A stretch of 64,000 nt of DNA from an uncultured virus (IMG/VR IMGVR_UViG_3300023180_000043) (taxonomy: Duplodnaviria; Heunggongvirae; Uroviricota; Caudoviricetes): IMG/VR virus record IMGVR_UViG_3300023180_000043. One strand, written 5' to 3'. Both the position numbers and the translations under genes were made by a program. Below the pieces are notes generated by a model. The model ran no database searches, was not told the origin of the DNA, and saw nothing but the letters and a program-made list of their open reading frames with translations. Shown here piece after piece: positions 58,519 to 64,000 of the stretch (the stretch's first letter is position 1; every line of letters begins with the position of its first letter).

Positions 58519-59102
58519 TCTATTTCTCTTTCTAAACTTTTTGTGATTGCATCCAATGCCTTTCGTACTATCTGCTGTATTCTTTGCTTACTGTACCCCA
58601 GAAGGTCTCCTATGGCTTGGTATGTTTTCGGGTCTTCTTCTATTCCAAAATACATTTTCAGAATTTTTTGCTCTCTTTCTCCCAGTTTTGTAAGTACCAT
58701 CCTAACCGTTATTGCGAGCTCCTTATCCACAAGGATTTCAAAGGCAGACATCATCATAGACTCTTGAAACATTAAGGGTTCATCACCAGAGGATTTTGGT
58801 ATGTCACCATTTAAGAAAGCTTCTCTCGTAATCCTTACCAGTGATTTTTTCCATAGGAATTCTTGTATTCTATTCCTTACCCAGTATCTGCAATAGTGGT
58901 TAAAAGATACTCCCTTTTCTATGTCGAACTTTTCAAATGCAATAAGGAGACCAATCGCACCTTCTTGACAAAGGTCTTCATAGTCTCCATAGCGCGCAAA
59001 CTTACCTGCGTATTTTCTAGTTATTGGCAGAAACTTTTGTATAAACTGTTCATACTTTTCTCTATCTTGTTTTGCTTCTATAAACTCCTGTTCATCTGTC
59101 AT
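58506..59102 (-). CDS. sigma70-family RNA polymerase sigma factor
   Basis: EDLCQEGAIGL..AFEKFD..KG.SF..Y..YWVR; L.EREQ.IL..FG..TYQ.IG..LG.SKQRIQQI; start adjusted downstream of the tRNA (GGAG SD). Confidence 0.93.
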   Translation of the reverse strand: MTDEQEFIEAKQDREKYEQFIQKFLPITRKYAGKFARYGDYEDLCQEGAIGLLIAFEKFDIEKGVSFNHYCRYWVRNRIQEFLWKKSLVRITREAFLNGDIPKSSGDEPLMFQESMMMSAFEILVDKELAITVRMVLTKLGEREQKILKMYFGIEEDPKTYQAIGDLLGYSKQRIQQIVRKALDAITKSLEREIEWKS

Positions 59103-59121
59103 CCTATTCTCCATTAAAATG

Positions 59122-59195
59122 TACACCCGGTAGGATTCGAACCTACGACCGTCCGCTTAGAAGGCGGATGCTCTATCCAACTGAGCTACGGGTGC
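59122..59195 (-). tRNA. tRNA-Arg (anticodon TCT), CCA not encoded
   Basis: GCACCCG acceptor stem, TAGCTCAGTTGGATAGAGC D-arm, CCGC-CTTCTAA-GCGG anticodon arm, GGTTCGAATCC T-arm. Confidence 0.95.
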
Positions 59196-59203
59196 ATTTT
59201 TAT

Positions 59204-59524
59204 TTAAGTTACATTCATTGTTAGTATAGACCACCGTGGCTTTGTCCAAATAAGCCCTGGGGAATTTTCTACAACCACCTTGAGTTGTTTAATACTCATT
59301 TGCTTTGTACCTCTTCTAGCTAGTGCATTCCAGTTTGTATCACCGCTATTTGGGTCTCCGCCATTAGGCAATTGATCTAACTCATGCTCATCAATATATT
59401 GAATTAAGCACTCTTTGATATGTTGTTGTGCCTTATCTTTATCAATAAAAACTCCACATATCTGTTGATACTGTTCTCCGTCTTCGGGTATTCTATTTTC
59501 AATAACAATGTGTACTTCTTCCAT
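59204..59524 (-). CDS. hypothetical protein (start adjusted to MEEVH)
   Basis: GGAGG SD. Confidence 0.75.
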   Translation of the reverse strand: MEEVHIVIENRIPEDGEQYQQICGVFIDKDKAQQHIKECLIQYIDEHELDQLPNGGDPNSGDTNWNALARRGTKQMSIKQLKVVVENSPGLIWTKPRWSILTMNVT

Positions 59525-59532
59525 ACTACCTC

Positions 59533-60336
59533 CTAACAAACCTGTACGGCTTTTTCCAGTGAAACACCTGTTTGTTCTGACATTAATAATGCCTTCTCTG
59601 CACGGGCTGTTGAAATCAAGAACTTATCGGACACCTCGACAATACGGTGCAGACGGGCATGCTCTTTTAGTACTGATTCTCTAAGCACAGTGTGGTACTG
59701 AGCGTTGGGCAAGCCTAGCTGTTCTGCAAACTTTCTTAGGTCTTCGATACTTAATAACTTAATGTCTGCAGTAGAGAGTTTGGCCGCAACAGGGATCTTA
59801 AGATCTACTTGATCTACCCCAACACTCTGCGCAGCAAAGATAGGGCTGGAAAGCATTTCTATCACGATACCCAATTTTGATTGTAACTGATCTAGTTTTG
59901 CGAGTATCATACCTGTTACGGTATTCTCACTGTTCAAGACAAACTCAGACATAGGATCGAAAGGAATCACCAATTCTGAATTATCGCCATCATTATTCCC
60001 TTCACTATACACTTCAGTGCCCACACTAGGGCGCTCTTCAACCACATTTTGAACTCCAATCTTTGCCATTATTTCTTCTATGGCGAACTCTTTATTACCA
60101 CCCTGGGGAATAGAGCTTCCACTAATACTGCGATTAAGTCTTTGTAACTCTCGCATTCCTAACGATCTTAAAAACTGCTCGTTAAAGACCGTATCCTCCG
60201 AGTAACGACCAGCAGGGTCGTACTCTTTCTGGTAGTTCTCGCCAAGGCGCTCTTCCCATTCAATTATTATGCCCTTGTTCATGAATGTATAGAAGAATTG
60301 TTCTACTAAACTCTTTTGTACTCTTTTCTGTGTCAT
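59533..60336 (-). CDS. hypothetical protein with Rho-N/HeH-like segments
   Basis: LSIEDLRKFAEQLGL motif; AGGAG SD. Confidence 0.7.
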   Translation of the reverse strand: MTQKRVQKSLVEQFFYTFMNKGIIIEWEERLGENYQKEYDPAGRYSEDTVFNEQFLRSLGMRELQRLNRSISGSSIPQGGNKEFAIEEIMAKIGVQNVVEERPSVGTEVYSEGNNDGDNSELVIPFDPMSEFVLNSENTVTGMILAKLDQLQSKLGIVIEMLSSPIFAAQSVGVDQVDLKIPVAAKLSTADIKLLSIEDLRKFAEQLGLPNAQYHTVLRESVLKEHARLHRIVEVSDKFLISTARAEKALLMSEQTGVSLEKAVQVC

Positions 60337-60344
60337 GATCTCTC

Positions 60345-60800
60345 CTATTGATCAAAGTACTGTTCTACTGTTTTGTTGTTGTAATAGTGACAAAGCATAA
60401 CTCTAGCTTCAGGGCATTCCTGACACTTCAAGTCACACTTCATCGTACTGATTGCTACATTGTTTTCACCGATGAACATCTCAGTACGATCTCGAATCTC
60501 TTTTACAGGATCTTCCTCTGTGTGTTCTCCTCCTAGGATAATATCAATAAGTTCCGCTTTGCTCAGAATGCTAGATACCTTGATACCCATAGACTTTGCA
60601 AGTAGTACCAACTCCGTCTTAGAAACATCATTCTGGGAAATATACCCTTGTATCTTTTCTGGTTTTATTGTTTTCTTCTTTTTACTTTTCTTTTCTACAA
60701 ACCTCTCTTCAGGTAAGCTGGCTGCAGGCTCAGCAAATACAGCTGCTTCCAATAGCCCTAGTCTTCGTTTGATATCTTGGATAATTTCATTTTCATCCAT
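60345..60800 (-). CDS. protein with Rho-N-like helix-extension-helix and a Cys cluster
   Basis: SKTELVLLAKSMGIK...LSKAELIDII; CDLKCQECP..C; GGAGG SD. Confidence 0.7.
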   Translation of the reverse strand: MDENEIIQDIKRRLGLLEAAVFAEPAASLPEERFVEKKSKKKKTIKPEKIQGYISQNDVSKTELVLLAKSMGIKVSSILSKAELIDIILGGEHTEEDPVKEIRDRTEMFIGENNVAISTMKCDLKCQECPEARVMLCHYYNNKTVEQYFDQ

Positions 60801-61186
60801 GCATTTTCCTCCTCACATACTTTCTTTTCGGCAATTACTTTGAAGTTTGCTCGGTCATCTAGTCCTAACAACTCTGATAAAGCATCCTCCGCAAGTTTTA
60901 TTAAGTTTGAAACGTCCATTCTCTTAAAAGGAGACTTACATCTTTTATCCTTCCCCCAGCCCTTTGAATAGATCTGGTACTTGGGGAAAAAGAATGTAAG
61001 CTCTAAACAAAAGCGATCTTCAGGCTCAAACGCAATCTCGGCTTCCATGATAGATAAACCGCCTCGCTGTTGAACGAAACGGTTTTTCCATGCCCTACCT
61101 TCAGCAGACAGGATTCTGCGACCCTGCCTATTGAAGTATAGTTTATTAACCGATGGTGGGATAGAATCCCAGGTTATTTCTACCAT
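60758..61186 (-). CDS. rusA: RusA-like Holliday junction resolvase
   Basis: PPSVNKLY...DVSNLIKLAEDAL....DD motifs. Confidence 0.85.
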   Translation of the reverse strand: MVEITWDSIPPSVNKLYFNRQGRRILSAEGRAWKNRFVQQRGGLSIMEAEIAFEPEDRFCLELTFFFPKYQIYSKGWGKDKRCKSPFKRMDVSNLIKLAEDALSELLGLDDRANFKVIAEKKVCEEENAWMKMKLSKISNED

Positions 61187-61782
61187 CGACTGCTACCTCC
61201 ACTGGGCTTATAGCTCTTTGACATGTTTTCAGTGCGTGTACCATTCTTGAACTCAGAAGCCCTACGTGATTGCTCACGAGAGATAGCGTTAAGAACGGTT
61301 CGCAAATCTTTATGTCTTTGCTCAACAGCACCGTGAAGCAGATCTACCTCCAACCATGAGGCGTGTGCTTTGACAAATACCGGCAGCTCGTCCTCGTCCA
61401 GTTGGTAGGATTCAACTTCCATTGTAAGGTCTGCTGACTTAACACCCTTCTCTGTCTTCAGAAACTTCTTTAAGGCAGTCACCAGGCGATTCAGCTTCTC
61501 CTTTCGAATGTCCTTGCGTCTAGAGAGACGTTCTTCTTCTGTATGGACGTATAGTGTCCAGTTTGTAAAGAAGCTCATTAGCATACCGATTTGTTGATCG
61601 GACGCTGTAGTTAAATCTCCTACAAATGGATCCTTACCTTTGAAGGTAATCAGGCTTTCTAATCCCTCTGGAACAATTACTTCAGGTGTGTGCGCTGAAA
61701 TCCCAATCTTTTCCAGCTCGGAGAGTATATTGGCCTCAACCTTGTCGTAATGCTCTAGAATCTTTTGAATGCTATTACTCAT
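61180..61782 (-). CDS. coiled-coil protein, possibly UvsY-like
   Basis: Helical; lies among recombination genes; family assignment weak. Confidence 0.5.
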   Translation of the reverse strand: MSNSIQKILEHYDKVEANILSELEKIGISAHTPEVIVPEGLESLITFKGKDPFVGDLTTASDQQIGMLMSFFTNWTLYVHTEEERLSRRKDIRKEKLNRLVTALKKFLKTEKGVKSADLTMEVESYQLDEDELPVFVKAHASWLEVDLLHGAVEQRHKDLRTVLNAISREQSRRASEFKNGTRTENMSKSYKPSGGSSRW

Positions 61783-61949
61783 TTTACTATCTCCACTTCT
61801 ACTTCGTACTCAGGCTCTCCGCTTCTGCTTGTAGCGTGAATACTTGGGTTTTCGTCATTAAGATTAACATCTACGTATTTTCGACCACGTTCATCGACAT
61901 ATATTCGTCTTTGAAAGTGATCGTGTTCATCAGTTTTATATACTTTCAT
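61779..61949 (-). CDS. small hypothetical protein (56 aa, MKVYKTDEHDHFQRRIY...), not in the ORF track
   Basis: Fills the gap exactly; ATGA overlap with the next gene. Confidence 0.65.
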   Translation of the reverse strand: MKVYKTDEHDHFQRRIYVDERGRKYVDVNLNDENPSIHATSRSGEPEYEVEVEIVK

Positions 61950-61951
61950 AG

Positions 61952-63256
61952 TTACACTCTACAGATATGTTCATAGGGACAGTCTTTACAGGTTCTGCCA
62001 TACTTTTCTAGTTGCGCTGGTGGTGTATTGGCTTTTACATGTGCTAATACTGTTTTCGCTCTCCCTTGTAAGAAAGCGTACTCTGCTGGATTGTGGGGCG
62101 TTATTATCTCCATGATTTGCCCATCGTTCTTGTTAAAGTATTGGAATCTTACCTCCTTTTTCTCTAAGAGGGTTGAGTATACAGATGTCTGTTGCAGGTG
62201 TGATTCAGAGGGTCCCTTTTTCTCATAGTTCTTGAAGGAGCTGTGAGCTGCTGATTTGATTTCCACAATGTAGTCCTCACCAGCACCGTCTGTACGCCCA
62301 TGAATCTTTGCATCTACATCTTCAGCTAGTATCTCAATCGGTACACCAGCATCAGTCATTGCATCTTGCAAAACATCGTGCACAGCATGTCCTACATTAA
62401 AGATCGTTCTAAGATAAGGTACAATCTTCCCAACCTTGTCAGCTTTGGTTACCGCATAGTACAGCCGTCGATCACAAGGCGTAATGGCCATCTCACTTGG
62501 ATGAAACCACCCATCATCATGAGACTTACTACGAACGTAGTTTAAGCCGTCAAGATAAGCGTGAACAGCCTCAGCCACTTCCATAGTTTCTTTAATCTCT
62601 ATACCATCAAACCGGTTCGGAGCACTCATCAGTCCGTAATCTACAGGAACTACCCCTGTTTTCTTACAGTTGTGTGTGAACGGGCAGAAGCCGCAGGCAT
62701 TTGCACCAACAGTACAGTTAGGTTCAGTTGCATTGGCCAGTCGGCGCTGTGCCTCTCCTAAGAAAGGAGACAAGTCACCCTGTACTTCAAAAGTTCGATA
62801 GTACTGATTGTTTTGATTATACAGCATAAAGCAGACTGTATTTGTGTTTAAGCCTCTGATGAATGCGTTGATCACAGCGTTTGCAATAATCAGCACGAGC
62901 CTATCTACTTTCTTTAAAACAAGCTTGTTCGTATGATCCTTTGTAATCAACTGACCCCACTCTTGATAAGATACCGGGGTAAACTGATGCCAGATGCCTC
63001 TGATGTCAAACCCTCCTTCTAACTGAACACCATTTACCTCGATAGGTTCGTGTATTGTTGTATCTACCAAGCTACTGTTTTCAATATACTTAAGAAAGTA
63101 TCTATTGAGATAGTAATGATTTGTAAGCTGCACCATCTTCTGCTCAGGAGTCTTTCTGGCATAGGTTGGTAATATCCAGCATTTAGATCCGATGATGTCA
63201 TAACTTGTGAGTGGAACTTCTTTTTCTTTGTAGTAATTAATTATCTGGTTCTTCAT
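61952..63256 (-). CDS. Cas4-like PD-(D/E)xK exonuclease with tandem domains
   Basis: FHPSE..PC.R, G.AVH, GRTDG..VEIKS, Q..VY, CxxCPY...C; start adjusted to MKNQI. Confidence 0.8.
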   Translation of the reverse strand: MKNQIINYYKEKEVPLTSYDIIGSKCWILPTYARKTPEQKMVQLTNHYYLNRYFLKYIENSSLVDTTIHEPIEVNGVQLEGGFDIRGIWHQFTPVSYQEWGQLITKDHTNKLVLKKVDRLVLIIANAVINAFIRGLNTNTVCFMLYNQNNQYYRTFEVQGDLSPFLGEAQRRLANATEPNCTVGANACGFCPFTHNCKKTGVVPVDYGLMSAPNRFDGIEIKETMEVAEAVHAYLDGLNYVRSKSHDDGWFHPSEMAITPCDRRLYYAVTKADKVGKIVPYLRTIFNVGHAVHDVLQDAMTDAGVPIEILAEDVDAKIHGRTDGAGEDYIVEIKSAAHSSFKNYEKKGPSESHLQQTSVYSTLLEKKEVRFQYFNKNDGQIMEIITPHNPAEYAFLQGRAKTVLAHVKANTPPAQLEKYGRTCKDCPYEHICRV

Positions 63257-63842
63257 ATTGTCCTTCAGGGTTAAAGTTTCTTGATAACATAACAACTGGT
63301 TCTCCAATCCAGTTGGTCAGAACGTGTCCGTTTTGATTATTTAGTTCGATTGCTAAGTTAATATCGACTACGAAACTCTTTCCAGATACGTGTACATCTT
63401 CGGTACTTTCTACTATCTGTAGGGCTTTTCGTACTAGCACAAACTGTGCATTCGCTGTCTCGATGTAAAAAATAGGCTCTTCACAATTCGAAAGAGCCCC
63501 TTCGTGTAGCTTATTCCACAATCGTTCATAGAGCCTATAGGATTCTTTTTCTGTTGTTTTGGTTTCTACTCTCCATTGATTAAGTTTTCTTCCATCACCA
63601 TCCTGGTTGAGGGCGCCAGAGACGACTGTCTCCTTTGCCCCTACAAGACTGTTTCCTCTTTCTTCTCCTCTCTGCCACTTTCTCCTATTCTTGAAATGCT
63701 TGGGTTGCTCTGGTCTAAGATCACAGCCGCGTTTATGCTTTACTAAGTCTTTTACAACCTCCCACTCTCCGTCTTGTAGACGGACTACTAAGAAACCTTT
63801 TTTCTTACAGTGCTTACACTCTATTTTTATTGTCCGCTCCAT
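63237..63842 (-). CDS. PD-(D/E)xK Holliday-junction-resolvase-like nuclease with N-terminal zinc-binding segment
   Basis: SGA...DGD.....RVETKTT; CKHC..H..C. Confidence 0.65.
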   Translation of the reverse strand: MERTIKIECKHCKKKGFLVVRLQDGEWEVVKDLVKHKRGCDLRPEQPKHFKNRRKWQRGEERGNSLVGAKETVVSGALNQDGDGRKLNQWRVETKTTEKESYRLYERLWNKLHEGALSNCEEPIFYIETANAQFVLVRKALQIVESTEDVHVSGKSFVVDINLAIELNNQNGHVLTNWIGEPVVMLSRNFNPEGQYEEPDN

Positions 63843-64000
63843 ATCCCCTTCATTATTTGTGACCTTGCTATCCTCTGGTAGTGTGGAACAAACTCATCAG
63901 TTAGCATCTCAAGAAAACCTTTATGGTACTGAGCTTCAAGTATTGCTCCAAGAGGGCTCTCATACTGACGACCAAATTGTGACTGATCTAGCATAAGAGC
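63827..64000 (-). CDS. 3' end of a gene truncated by the window edge
   Basis: Open frame from 64000 to the TAA at 63827. Confidence 0.6.
   Translation of the reverse strand, partial: ALMLDQSQFGRQYESPLGAILEAQYHKGFLEMLTDEFVPHYQRIARSQIMKGIWSGQ

Noticed and set aside
59103..59126. ORF-track start of the sigma factor at 59126
   Set aside because: It overlaps the tRNA 3' end; the SD-supported ATG is at 59102
61952..63256. Cas4-like gene as evidence of a CRISPR-Cas system
   Set aside because: No repeat-spacer array or other cas genes seen; stand-alone Cas4-like nucleases are common in phage recombination modules
1..64000. Alternative genetic code (stop-codon reassignment)
   Set aside because: TAA, TAG and TGA all terminate tightly coupled genes, and coding density is high under the standard code

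Overview
This window is a 64 kb segment of a large, AT-rich dsDNA bacteriophage genome with a contractile (myovirus-type) baseplate module, read in the standard genetic code. It has three blocks. (1) 1-7.4 kb holds leftward small early-type genes (DUF932-like, DUF6884-like, mostly hypothetical), two copies of a promoter-like motif and a triple-hairpin RNA element. (2) 7.5-57 kb is a rightward late/structural block: a KhpA-like KH protein, a tape-measure-like protein, a baseplate hub, gp25-like, baseplate-J-like and wedge proteins, fibres, and LamG, PA14 and Ig proteins. Interleaved with these are basic non-structural-looking proteins, including an SNF2 helicase, a sigma factor and two HExxH peptidases. 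(3) 57-64 kb holds leftward DNA-metabolism genes: thyX, a second sigma factor, tRNA-Arg(UCU), and RusA-like and PD-(D/E)xK/Cas4-like nucleases. No capsid, portal, terminase or sheath gene was recognised. The main candidate novelties are: a family of about 9 proteins sharing an N-terminal [YF]..[LI]xK-x-A leader (putative capsid-loading/processing signal); a 27-aa GHWR...GKTWVR module shared by the SNF2 helicase and the sigma factor; a triple-hairpin RNA with ANGGA motifs at the loops; a start-less zinc-finger frame reachable by -1 frameshift or an ATT start; and an overlapping Cys-rich micro-protein. All family assignments come from motif recognition by eye, not database searches.
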